From: Octopus sinensis
Lineage: Eukaryota
Direction: 5' to 3'
Assembly: GCF_006345805.1 (NCBI RefSeq)
Contig: NC_043024.1
Location: 6,138,001-6,202,000, forward strand
Length of the DNA stretch: 64,000 nucleotides
The translations under genes were made by a program, and so were the position numbers. Under the pieces are notes generated by a model. That model was given only the letters and a program-made list of their open reading frames with translations, made no database searches and had not been told where the DNA came from. Positions 39,230-51,654 of this stretch are shown here, in pieces. Positions within the stretch are counted from its first letter, which is position 1; every line of letters starts with the position of its first letter.

Positions 39230-40044
39230 GGATCTTTTCCTTTTGAACGGCACATGTCAACACAATTTCTAGTAAACTAAACACTTTAAAACTTCGTATA
39301 CTGGTAGAATGTGTCAAAATAAAAAAAATTTTCTCTTGGCTTTCTTGATAAAATTGTAATTCGTTTGTTTAACATAGTTTAATTTTCAGAATTTTAACCA
39401 ATCAATTGCCTCTAATTGAGCTAAAATCCTTTGCTGCGTCTAAAACTGAGACTACATCTTGTCACTAACCCTCACCCTCACCCTAAATTTTAGCCTTTCG
39501 TTTTTTTTTCTTATTAATTGTTAAATTCATTTAAGGATAGCAATTAAAAAAAACAAAAAACGAAAGGCTAAAACGAAAGCAATGGAAAATAATTCAAACT
39601 ATTAACAAACAAAATAATTCTATAATTTTATACACACGCTTTCCGTACGTATACATAACGAAAGGCTAAAACGAAAGCAAAAACTCAAAACAAAAACAAA
39701 ACGAATAATTTTAGACACACGCATAACAATTAAATTAATTTAACAATTAAGAAAAAAGAAAACGAAAGACTAAAATTTAGGGTTAGGGTGAGTGTTAGGG
39801 TTAGGGTTAGTGACAGGATGTTAACTCAGTTTTAGACGCAGCAAATGATTTTAGCTCACTAGAGGCGATTCATTGGTTAAAATTCGAAAAATTAAAGTAC
39901 GTTAAACAAACAAATTACAATTTTCTCAAGAAAGCCAAGGGAAAAAATGTTTTATTTTGACACATTCTACCAGTATACGAAGTTTAAAAGTGTTTAGTTA
40001 ACTAGAAATTGTGTTGACATGTGCCGTTCAAAAGGAAAAGATAC
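39230..40044. mobile_element. Long-TIR MITE with 8-bp TSD and TTAGGG-like repeats
   Basis: Perfect TSD ggcaaggt (39222-29, 40045-52); about 300-bp TIRs starting ggatcttttccttttgaacggca. Confidence 0.9.
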
Positions 40045-41639
40045 GGCAAGGTTTACAATTTCGGAAGAATATCGTCTCCTTCCATCATTTTTTTGTTCTT
40101 TGTGTAGTTCAGGCTTTCGGCAAGCGAAGAGAGAAAACTTCAAGTATAAATGCTATTTACAACTGGTTTATTCACAGGAAAGGTGTAGTGTGCTGCTCTC
40201 AGCTACCATATTTAGCTGTGTGTGTTGTGCACATAGCTCCGTTAGTGTGGGCGCATTGTCTCTGGAGATAGACAGGCAGAAAGCCTCAGCCAGTGGTGGT
40301 GTTCAGCCAATGCTGCTGTGAGGTGGTGCCAAAAAGAGAGAGATTTGAATTGGGTTTTCCCTTTATATAGTTTCCATCATGAGCCTCGTTGTGATCTCGT
40401 GCATGGCAAATGGATGCAGGTGACGTCCCGCTGCAGTCTCGGAGATGGCAATGGCTGCTGCGAGATCTCATCCAATATGGCGCTGACTGCTTGTGCCGCT
40501 ACAGGCTATTGCAGTCACCATCGCTAGACCGCGGGTTCGATTCCCTGATAGGGCGGTGTGTTGTATTCTTGAGCAAAACACTTCATACACATATATATGC
40601 TATATGTAAATATATACATGTATACATATATATATATATATGTATACATATATATGTACATATATATGTACATATATATGTATACATATATATGTACATA
40701 TATATACATGTATATGCATATATAATCATATAAATAAAAAATAAATGTTCCTTCTCGAGCCATGCCAGGCTCATAAGAGCCGATTTTCCGGTTTCAGTGG
40801 GGCAGAAATTACTCATTTTTGCCAGCCGAGTGGACTGAAGCAACGTGAACTAAAGTATTTTGCTCAAGAACACAACGCATTGCCTGGTCCAGGAATCGAA
40901 ACCACAACCTTACGATCATGATACTGACACGCTAACCACTAAGCCATGTGCCTCCACATATAATCATATATATACATGTATATATATATATATATATATA
41001 AACTGTACTGGGAGAAGAAGAAACGAAACGAAACGGAATGAATCGAATCGAATCGACGCGAAGGCGCTCAGTCATACAATAGTGTAATAAATAAAATATA
41101 TGCATACATACATACATATATGTACGTACCTACATCTACATGTATATATACATGCATATATAAATATATATACGTGAGTACAGGACACCACAAATAGACG
41201 CAGAACTCAACGAGAACGAAAACGTAAAAACAAGCATGGAACGAACCTTTTTTTACAAGGAAAAAAACAGAGTACTAGACAAACTACACAAGGAAAAATC
41301 CCCCTTCATCAGCTGTCCCTAGTTCAACTCCAGCGTGTTTCGAAGGTGAGGACAGAACACGACTCGTCGAACTAACCCTTCCTGCGAAGAAATTAAAGGA
41401 AATTACTTCGCAGAGGGGTAAAAACAAGGAAAGAACAAAATGTGACACAAACAGGACGTAAAAACGATGCAAATAAAATTACAAAATAAAATACAAAATA
41501 AAATACAAAATAAAAATACAATTACAAAAAATACAATACAAGAAATAAAATAGTAGTAACAGAAAAGAAGAATTTCGATTATCCCCACGTGGTGAGTTGT
41601 AATGTATATAAGAAATTAAAAAAGGAAAATACGCACACT

Positions 41640-42905
41640 TACATAGTTTTAATATAATTTTTAATACATCGACCGGTTTCTCTATCGCTATTCATGACAT
41701 TATGTTTTACTTATTTGAATATATATGTTTTCTTAAGAAGAAATTTGGTCCATGTTGTGTGTGATGAAATTCACGAGTGAATGACTTCACATGTAGATAT
41801 ATGATATCATAAAGGGAGGTAATTTGGTTGTCGTTATTATTGTTATTGTTGTGGGTAAGGGAGATAACTGTTCAGCTTTCGGTAATGGGTGGGTATCATA
41901 TATGTGTACAGATAGAGACAAGTTTCAAAAACCTTGTTTAGTAGGGGATTTATGTACAGTGATGTAATCGTGAATTGAAATATGTAAAAAGATAAAAGAT
42001 GGTTATGCGTGCATATTAAGACGTGTTTTGTATTTTTCAATGAAAAAAGTTTCTTTATTTAAACGTTCTAGTTGAGAGATTGCATCTTTGCACTGGCAGA
42101 AAGGGAAGAATGTGAAATTTGGTTTGATGTTACCTGCACATTTTTCTATATTTTCAGTGAGAGGAATTTGTCTGTATTGCGGGAAACGGATTTTCTCCTT
42201 ATGTAGAGTAGTTCTCTTTCTCAAGGCCATACTCGTTTGTCCAATATAGTGGTGTCCGCAACCCGAGCAGGTTATTACATAAATTAGGTTCTCAGAGGCA
42301 CAAATGAAACTAGTTTTAATTGTGAACCTCTGTCCTTGTTTGAAAAGGAAATCCGAGCCTTCAAGCAGGTTGGGGCAGGTTCTACAGTTTGGGTGTCCAC
42401 ATTTTTCAACCGTTGGTTTCGTGGCTGTTTTGTAAAGCTTCGCATTTGTTAGTAGTCTCTTTAGCGATTTGTCTTGTTTTTTTTGCATTTAATGAGTTTG
42501 TGTGTTTTCAGGATGTCGTTCATTTTTGGATTTCTAGTTAGTAAAGGAAGAGTTTGCACAAAAGTGTTGAATCACTCACTGTTGATATAAATAGTAATGT
42601 TTTGAGTTGAGGTGTGGTGTTATGCTTTATTGTTCTTAGTGTTTTTGTGTCTAATTGTTTGGCACGTTTAATTCCCTCGTCGATAAGAGAGGGTGGATAT
42701 TGTCTTTCAATAAGTGTTGTGTTGAGGTCTTGAACACGAAGGTCCCAAGTTGTTCTATCAGACACTATTGTGCAGATCCTTTTTGCTAAGTTGAAAGGGA
42801 TGTTTATTTTGATGTATTTCGGGTGGCATGAGTTAAAGAGAAGATATTGTTTTGAATCAGTTGGTTTATAATAAATGTCAGTTATGATTTCATTGTTACC
42901 TTTTT
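41640..42905 (-). mobile_element. Penelope-like element 3' fragment (RT thumb, Cys-rich linker, GIY-YIG endonuclease, 3' UTR)
   Basis: [35 protein letters not shown]; CGHPNCRTC; NLIYVITCSGCGHHYIGQT..R...H. Frameshifted. Confidence 0.9.
41666..41700 (-). ncRNA. Hammerhead-like motif (A3:U8 variant) in the Penelope 3' region
   Basis: ATGTC ATGAATA GC GATA GA GAAA CCGGT C^ GATGT. Palindromic stem III ACCGGT, GUC site; stem II has one mismatch. Confidence 0.55.
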
Positions 42906-42995
42906 TTTTATCATGATGTCTAAAAATGGGAGTTGTTCTTTGTCATATTCCATTGTGAATATTTTTATATTCCATTGTTATATTCCATTGTATAT

Positions 42996-43081
<86 letters not shown>

Positions 43082-43189
43082 TATACATGTATACATATAT
43101 ACGCATACAAACACACATACGTATATGTATATCTATCTATATACAGAAATATATACATATTGCTACACATATAACTATATTTATATATA

Positions 43190-43500
43190 TTTTCTCCTGT
43201 CAAAGAATGCTCTTCCAGCATTCGCCACTTTACCTCGTCTGGCTTAACAGTCCTCTCTATTGGTTCTCACTGTTTTCATTACCAACTTTGACTCTCTGTA
43301 AATTCGTGGGAACAACTGTTTTCTCGAAAGCACATATTGTCATGAATTGCACGAAATGTGGAGTAGATCAACAACCGACAACTGATGAAAGGTCGTTTTT
43401 TCATGTCACTCGTCTTGTTTTACATTTGTTTCTCTCGTGCACAAAAAAAGTTTGTCTTCGTATTTCATGTTATTTACATTTTGTGACATCCTGACCCATA
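43190..43500 (+). repeat. About 300-400-bp (TA)n-flanked dispersed repeat
   Basis: Inverted second copy at about 45960-46365; the same decayed pseudo-ORF appears in both. Confidence 0.8.
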
Positions 43501-43588
43501 TATGCATATATATACACATATATGTAAGTATGTACATATATTCATGTATATATGCATATATATATAAATATATATATATTATTTATAT

Positions 43589-43800
43589 TATCTGTAAATG
43601 TAATATGTGACAATTATTCGGTAGCCATAATAAAGCTCCGAGTTTCGGATGTCGAGGCGGAAACACACGACGCCATCTCTTCAGTTATTGGGCCAACGGA
43701 TAACTGAAGAGATGGCAGCGTGGGTTTCCGCCCCGACATCTGAAACTCGGAGTATTTATCATGGCTACCGAATAATTGTCACATATTACATTTATAGATA
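43589..43800. mobile_element. Foldback with two inverted hammerhead motifs
   Basis: Arms 43589-43688 and 43700-43800 are reverse complements; each carries ATAA CTGAAGA GATG..CATC (C/T) GAAA CTCGGAG. Confidence 0.8.
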
Positions 43801-43929
43801 AATTCCTCTATTTACATAATATCGAGGTCTCTTTATTCTATTGTTGTCTTGCCATATCTATCAATATTATTTACATTATATATATATATATAATATATGT
43901 ATGTGTGTGTGTATGTATGCATGCATGTA

Positions 43930-43960
<31 letters not shown>

Positions 43961-44054
43961 CACATATATAATACGTATATATACGTATATATATATATAT
44001 ATATATAAATGTAAATATATATATGATTATATATGTATATATATATATATATAA

Positions 44055-44258
44055 CGGGAAGCTTTATGAAAATAAACAAAAGACGAAGGCAGGTGGAAAA
44101 CAAACGAACAATTGTATTAGTATGGCGCTCAGGAAATATAAATAAAACAAGTCTTTAACGTTTCGAGCCTACGCTCTTCAACAGAAAGATACACAGAGAG
44201 AGAAAAACACAGAAAGAAGGAGAGAAAAAAAATGCGTGCAGTAGCTAACGAATCAACA

Positions 44259-44262
<4 letters not shown>
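44055..44262 (-). mobile_element. (TA)n-flanked repeat with hammerhead motif (A6U family)
   Basis: 44152-44189: TCTTT CTGTTGA A GAGC GTAG GCTC GAAA CGT T^ AAAGA. Confidence 0.75.
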
Positions 44263-44293
<31 letters not shown>

Positions 44294-44841
44294 GTCAAAA
44301 CAGGTCAGTGTAAGCTGGATAATGAAATATCATTCTGTCATTTAAAAGTCTTGTTTTGCTTATTTGTTAAACGGGTGGTGGTGGGAAAGTAAGTAGTTAT
44401 CTGTCAAGGTGGGGCCAAGTGCTTAAAATAGAGGGAACTACTAAGTGACTATCAAAGCTACAAATAAACTAAATGTTAATGTTGGCTTTCAACACTCTAC
44501 TTCTAGGAAAAAAACTGATCTGAAAACAAGAACAAAAAATAAGTGGCTATAGGAGCAGGAGTGGTTGTGTGGTAAGAAGCTTGCTCCCCAACCACATGGT
44601 TCTGAGTTCAGTCTGACTGCGTGGCACTTTGGGCAAGTGTCTTCTACTATAGCCTCGGGCTGACCAAAGCCTTGTGAGTGGATTTGGTTGGTGGAAACTG
44701 AAAGAAGCCCATTGTATATATAAAGTACTAGGCTTACAAAAAATAAGTCATTGGGTCAGTTTGTTTGATTAAGGGTTGTGCTTCAGCATGGCCGCAGTCA
44801 AATGACTGAAACAAATAAAAGAAAGAATAAAAGAATATATA

Positions 44842-44877
<36 letters not shown>

Positions 44878-44880
<3 letters not shown>

Positions 44881-45180
44881 CGTGACCGACCAGGCTATCA
44901 GCTGTTGCTACACATCGCTGGTCACAATGCGCTTCGCATTGTTTTTTAGCCTTCAAATGACGTCACCCCGCTAGCTAAGCGAGCAGGCCAACAGAAGAAA
45001 GAGTGAGAGGAAGTTGTGACGAAAGAGCAAAGCAGGGATCGCCACCACCCCCTGCCGGAGCCTCGTGGGGCTTCAGGTATTTTCGCTTAATAAACACTCA
45101 CAACGCCCGGTCTGGGAATCGAAACCGCGATCCTACGATCGCGAGTCCGCTTCCCTAACCACTGGGCCATTGCGCCTCCA
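44878..45180 (-). mobile_element. SINE family C
   Basis: Matches 2347-2654. Confidence 0.82.
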
Positions 45181-45185
45181 TATAT

Positions 45186-45320
<135 letters not shown>

Positions 45321-45322
45321 AT

Positions 45323-45356
<34 letters not shown>

Positions 45357-46774
45357 GGATATATACATACATAATATATATATATAATATACACACACAC
45401 ACATACATATATATAAATATACACATATACATACATATATATACACACATGCACACACACACACACATGTATGTATGTATAAATTATTGTATCCTACTCT
45501 GTTTACAGTTTTCAGCTGTGCATATATTGTCAACATGTAACATACATATTTGCACAACAAACACCCACATATACGCACAAACACACAGTCACACACACAC
45601 ATGCACATGTACAGTATGGAGAAGATAGGGTTAAAGTCGAAATTGTGCTCTCTCGGTGCACGTCTACTTAATCCCAGTCCACAGACTTATCTCCTTTTCA
45701 CCCCCGCAGAATAATTCTTGTAAGAGCCATAGTTTTCCTCATTGAATAAGTTGATCCACTCAACTCTACTTAACGCTAACGAGCACTTTAGTTCCAATTG
45801 GTTTTTCCGTGTTTTCATCCGCCACATGGATAGAGATACTCAATAACAATTATGTGGGGCATAGCTGAGTGCTGAGGAGTTTGTTTTCCAATAACGTGTT
45901 TCCAAGTTCAATCCCAAAGCATGGCACCTTGTGCAAGTGTCTTTTCTGTAGCCTCATGAATATATGTACATACTTACATATATATGTATATATATGCATA
46001 TACGGGTCAGGATGTCACAAAATGTAAATAACATGAAATACGAAATACGAAAACAACATGAAATACGAAGACAAACTTTTTTTGCGAACGAGAGAAACAA
46101 ATGTAAAACAAGACGAGTAACATGAAAAAACGACCTTTCATCAGTTGTCGGTTGTTGATCTACTCCACATTTCGTGCAATTCATGACAATATGTGCTTTC
46201 GAGAAAACAGTTGTCCCCACGAACCAAAATAAAATTTGGGATTTACAGAGAGTCAAAGTTGGTAATGAAAACAGTGAGAACAAATAGCGAGGACTGTTAA
46301 ACCAGACGAGGTAAAGTGGCGAATGCTGGAAGAACATTCTTTGACAGGAGAAAATATATATAAATATAAGCCTTATGATGGATTTGATCCTTGTGACTTA
46401 GCAATTCAAGAAAAAGATTCGATAGATCAAGGATCAGGTTTAAAAAGAGAAAAGATGTACTTACAACATTTTATTTAATTAAACCTTTCGAGCCAGCCAC
46501 AAAAGCTTGTGGGTGGATTTGGCAGATGGAAACTGAAAGAAGCCCATTGTGTGTGTGTGTGTTGTATGTTTCTGTTTGTTTTTATTTCTCACCACTCTGC
46601 TTCACAACCGGTATCGGTCTGTTAACGTCCTGCGGCTTTAGCGGCTCAACAAAAAGAGATCAGTAATGGGATTTCTTTAGGTTTCATGTCAATGAAGGGC
46701 CTGGCCTTATGACGTATCATAGATCCCAAAATCTGTATATATATATATATATATATAATATATATATATTATAT

Positions 46775-46830
<56 letters not shown>

Positions 46831-46867
46831 ATATATATATATAATATATATATATATGTGTGTGTGT

Positions 46868-46909
<42 letters not shown>

Positions 46910-47499
46910 CACAAACAAAACGCACATCACTCCACACAACACACACACACGATAACAGCATACATACTTACACACGTGCATACGCACACACATACATATC
47001 AGTACAGAGGGCTGGATCTACCGCTAGGCGAACTAGGTGACCGCCTAGGGCAGCAACATCTAAGGAGCGACAAAATATGGGGATGTCTCGAGAGGTGCTG
47101 ATTTAGTAGAGAGAGAGTTTATGAAATTTATAATTATAAAGTAATAATTTTGTTTGTTCCTTCTCGAGCCATGCCTGGCTCATAGGGCTAGTATCCCCGT
47201 TTTCTTAATGTATAGGTTCCTCCCATGGATGGGATGCCGGTCCGTCGCAGGTGAGCTGCAAGACGCAGAAGGAAACTGAGGGAAAGTTGTGGCGAAAGAG
47301 ACAGCGGAATTTCGCCATTACCTTATGCCGGAGCTGCGTGGAGCTTCAGTGTTTCGCTCATAAACACACACATTGCTCGGTCTGAGATTGGAATCCGCGA
47401 TCCCTCGATCGCGAGTCCGCTGCTCTAACCACTAGGCCATGTGCCTTCAGGATAATTTTGTTATTATAACAAAAATTTCACTTATCAAATCTTCAAACT

Positions 47500-48590
47500 G
47501 TTTAGATGCAACAAAGTTTTTTGACCTGGTACAACGTACTTATGTGTACCTTCCCTCCTCAACACGTCAATGGGAGGCTCTGAAATCTTGTGTGACATCA
47601 TAACTGTGAAACCATTAAATGAAACAAGATGAGAGAAGAGAATTGATGCCCTTTAGCCCATTCGTTATGAGCTTGGTAAAGTTTATGAAGCATTAATTGG
47701 AATTACTGAAGATGCTAACCTCACAGGTTCAAGTGGCCTCTCTTCACGTGGAGAAGCTCAAGGTCTTGCCAACGAGATTTCCATGTTCAGTTTTCTGACC
47801 TCGTTAATTCTTTGGTATAATATTATTTTTTAAATTAAAATCACTAGCAAAAAATTGCAGTCAAAAGAGCTTGAGTAAACCCCAAAGTATCTTATTGATT
47901 GTAGGAGTGATAAAAAAAAACAAATTTGAAGAAGTATTTGTTGATGCTCGTGAGTAGCTGATGAATTTGGTATACTCTCTTTTACTCTTTTACTTGTTTC
48001 AGTCATTTGACTGTGGCCATGCTGGAGCACCGCCTTTAGTCGAGCAAATCGACCCCGGGACTTATTCTTTGTAAGCCTAGTACTTATTCTATCGGTCTCT
48101 TTTGCCGAACCGCTAGATAACGGGGACATAAACACACCAGCATCGGTTGTCAAGCAATGCTAGGGGGACAAACACAGACAAACATATACACACACATACA
48201 TATATATATATACATATATACGACGGGCTTCTTTCAGTTTCTGTCTACCAAATCCACTCACAAGGCTTTGGTCGGTCCGAGGCTATAACAGAAGACACTT
48301 GCCCAAGGTGCCACGCAGTGGGACTGAACCCGGAACCATGTGGTTGGTTAGCAAGCTACTTACCACACAGTCACTCCTGCGCCTATGTGGGCAGAATTTG
48401 AAGCAAAGCCATTGTACATTAGAAGAAATAAACAACAATTCTCATATGAAAGGAAAAATGAATCTATCCAGGATAGTGAACAAATTATATGGTCCTCTGA
48501 AAGTGCTTGAGACACTTGGCGGGCAAGAACAAAGACGAAGATTTCCAAATTTGTACATCGTTCTCAGAATACTGTTAAAAGTAAAATAGA
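47500..48590 (+). mobile_element. Decayed hAT transposase, split by a family A SINE
   Basis: FFDLVQRTYV..SSTRQWEALK..KPLNETR*EKRIDAL; RRNKQQFSYERKNESIQD; FPNLYIVLRILL (dimerisation domain). Confidence 0.75.
47972..48383 (-). mobile_element. SINE family A, full length
   Basis: Near-consensus; the hAT frame resumes on the other side. Confidence 0.88.
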
Positions 48591-48926
48591 TAAAAATAAA
48601 AACAGAGAGAAAAGAGAAAAATACAAAATGAAAAAGAAAAATAATAACTAACAATAAAATAAAAAAATAAAGGATACCAGATAGAAAATAAAATAAATAA
48701 AAAGATAAAAAATAGAAATTAATACAACGATAAAATAAGAAAAAAGATAAAAGGAGATAATTAATAGGCACAGGAGTGGCTGTGTGCTAAGAAGCTTCCC
48801 AACCACATGGTTCCGGGTTCTGTCCCACTGCGTGGCACCTTCTGCTATAGCCTCAGCCTGACCAAAGCCTTGTGAGTGGATTCGGTAAATGGAAACTGAA
48901 AGAATCTTGTCACACATATGTATATG

Positions 48927-48979
<53 letters not shown>

Positions 48980-49187
48980 GTAAATCCCCCCCAAAGAACA
49001 ACAAACACAAAAAAACAGCAATGTAAGGACGTGGTACAAGTAAAGTATTAGCAGACACTCAGGGAAGGAAAGAAAGATGGTTTTAACGTTTTGAACCAGG
49101 CTCTTCTTCAGAAACAGAGGAAAGTCCAATAGAAAAGAACGACGGAGGAAAAAAAAGCGCCAACAATTCACATGTAGTTACATTTTG

Positions 49188-49240
<53 letters not shown>

Positions 49241-49242
<2 letters not shown>

Positions 49243-50030
49243 TGCAGAAGTTTGTATTTGTAGAGTGAAAATGAAACATTGTTCCAGGCAGAGCCGAGGG
49301 TGTGTGGATCCGTGGTGTAGGACGAAACTGATGATGATATTTGCGGTGAAGTGGTTGGCCAAGCGGAAATGATGGGCGACGGAAGTGTTGGTAGGTAACT
49401 AACATCTCGTAGACGTTCGGTAAACCGGTTGGCCAGCCAGTCTGACCAACATAGAGTTATTTGCAGAGATTACATCTGATGCAGAGATTACATCTGATAA
49501 GGTTGGAAGAAGTGCAGGAGAAGGAGTTCCTAACGTGGAGGGTGTGTTGGTTGGATCCAGTGAGGGAAGCGGTGCTGGTGATGAAAGAACAGGTGTGGCG
49601 GCAGGATCTAGAGCAAGGAAAGGATCCAGGTTGGGCTGGAATGGAAGAGAGGAAGGTGCTATGGACCAGTAGATCACGTAGGTCACAGGTGCGTTTAAAG
49701 GATGGCAAGGGTGGGTTGGGAAATGGGGTGTGTAGTAGCATCTAGCTGGTGAAGACAGAAGGTCCGTAGGATCCTCCGACGAGGGTAGGGTGGGGGTGGA
49801 AAAGGAGGGGAAAGGGAATGCAGTTGGGGGATCGGTGTGGGGAAGGAGGGAGAGCGGTGGTGCGATCAGTTACCCGAGCGCAGGCAAGGGCAGTTTGGAT
49901 TGGTATCCTCGATGCATGAACAGGCGGGCAAGGTACCAGGACTGAGTCTCGAAATCCTGGTCCCGGCTGCACAAGTGTCGGAGGCGGAGGAAAAGGGAGT
50001 AAAGTTGAGGTAGAGGTAGGATTCCGTGTG
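49241..50030 (-). mobile_element. Neptune-type Penelope-like 3' fragment, copy 1
   Basis: LFLRLRHLCSRDQDF..LFMHRGY; PPLPSFKRTCDLRDLLVHS; GSFPCSRSCRHTC; FSCTSSNLI..C..C..LYVGQTG (GIY-YIG). GC-rich relative to its surroundings. Confidence 0.85.
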
Positions 50031-50036
50031 TGTATG

Positions 50037-50109
<73 letters not shown>

Positions 50110-50111
<2 letters not shown>

Positions 50112-50895
50112 TGCAGAAGTTTGTATTTGTAGAGTGAAAATGAAACATTGTTCCAGGCAGAGCCGAGGGTGTGTGGATCCGTGGTGTAGGACGAAACTGA
50201 TGATGATATTTGCGGTGAAGTGGTTGGCCAAGCGGAAATGATGGGCGACGGAAGTGTTGGTAGGTAACTAACATCTCGTAGACGTTCGGTAAACCGGTTG
50301 GCCAGCCAGTCTGACCAACATAGAGTTATTTGCAGAGATTACATCTGATGCAGAGATTACATCTGATAAGGTTGGAAGAAGTGCAGGAGAAGGAGTTCCT
50401 AACGTGGAGGGTGTGTTGGTTGGATCCAGTGAGGGAAGCGGTGCTGGTGATGAAAGAACAGGTGTGGCGGCAGGATCTAGAGCAAGGAAGGATCCAGGTT
50501 GGGCTGGAATGGAAGAGAGGAAGGTGCTATGGACCAGTAGATCACGTAGGTCACAGGTGCGTTTAAAGGATGGCAAGGGTGGGTTGGGAAATGGGTTGTG
50601 TAGTAGCATCTAGCTGGTGAAGACAGAAGGTCCGTAGGATCCTCCGACGAGGGTAGGGTGGGGTGGAAAAGGAGGGGAAAGGGAATGCAGTTGGGGGATC
50701 GGTGTGGGGAAGGAGGGAGAGCGGTGGTGCGATCAGTTACCCGAGCGCAGGCAAGGGCAGTTTGGATTGGTATCCTCGATGCATGAACAGGCGGGCAAGG
50801 TACCAGGACTGAGTCTCGAAATCCTGGTCCCGGCTGCACAAGTGTCGGAGGCGGAGGAAAAGGGAGTAAAGTTGAGGTAGAGGTAGGATTCCGTG
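50110..50895 (-). mobile_element. Neptune-type Penelope-like 3' fragment, copy 2 (tandem duplicate)
   Basis: Identical to copy 1 except two homopolymer indels and one substitution seen by eye. Confidence 0.85.
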
Positions 50896-50903
50896 TGTGT
50901 ATG

Positions 50904-50964
<61 letters not shown>

Positions 50965-51044
50965 ATGCATATATATGCGTGTGTGTGTATGTATGTATAT
51001 ATATATGTGTATATGTATGAATATGTATATATGTGTATATATAT

Positions 51045-51240
51045 AACGGAAAGGTTTACGAAAATAGACAAAAGACGAAGGCAGGTGGAGTACAAACAAA
51101 CAAATGTATTAGTATGGCGCTCAGGAATAGAAATAAAACAAGTCTTTTACGTTTCGAGCCTACGCTCTTTGACAGAAAGATACACAGAAAAGAAACAAGG
51201 AGACAAAAAAAAATGCGTGTAGGAGCTAACGATTCAACAT
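51045..51240 (-). mobile_element. (TA)n-flanked repeat with hammerhead motif (A6U family, G8A)
   Basis: 51143-51180: TCTTT CTGTCAA A GAGC GTAG GCTC GAAA CGT A^ AAAGA. Confidence 0.75.
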
Positions 51241-51593
51241 GTATATACATATCTATATGTCTATACTTATACATGTGTGTGTATGTATATCTATACACAC
51301 ATATGTATGTGTGTATATATATATATAATATTTTATGTTATATTTTAACAATTACTGGTATCGTTATATATTAATATATTTTATATGTAAAGCATAATAT
51401 GTTATACATGTATGTATATTCTTGTAATTGTCATTTTAGTAAATAATTAAATAAGTGGACATAATATAATGTCTAAAAGTTGATGAACCACCTATTGGTC
51501 CCCTTCATTTTCTTATTGCTCTCTCTCTCTCTCTCTCTCTCTGTGCCCCAGCATGGCCGCGGCCTTCGGGCTAAAACATTTTTAAGGATTTAA

Positions 51594-51654
<61 letters not shown>

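Noticed and set aside
39777-39810. Telomere or chromosome-fusion site
   Set aside because: Only a few imperfect TTAGGG units, mirrored in both TIRs of a TSD-flanked MITE.
43350-43400. CTGATGA in the 43190/45960 repeat as a hammerhead core
   Set aside because: No downstream GAAA and no consistent stems with the upstream GAAA.
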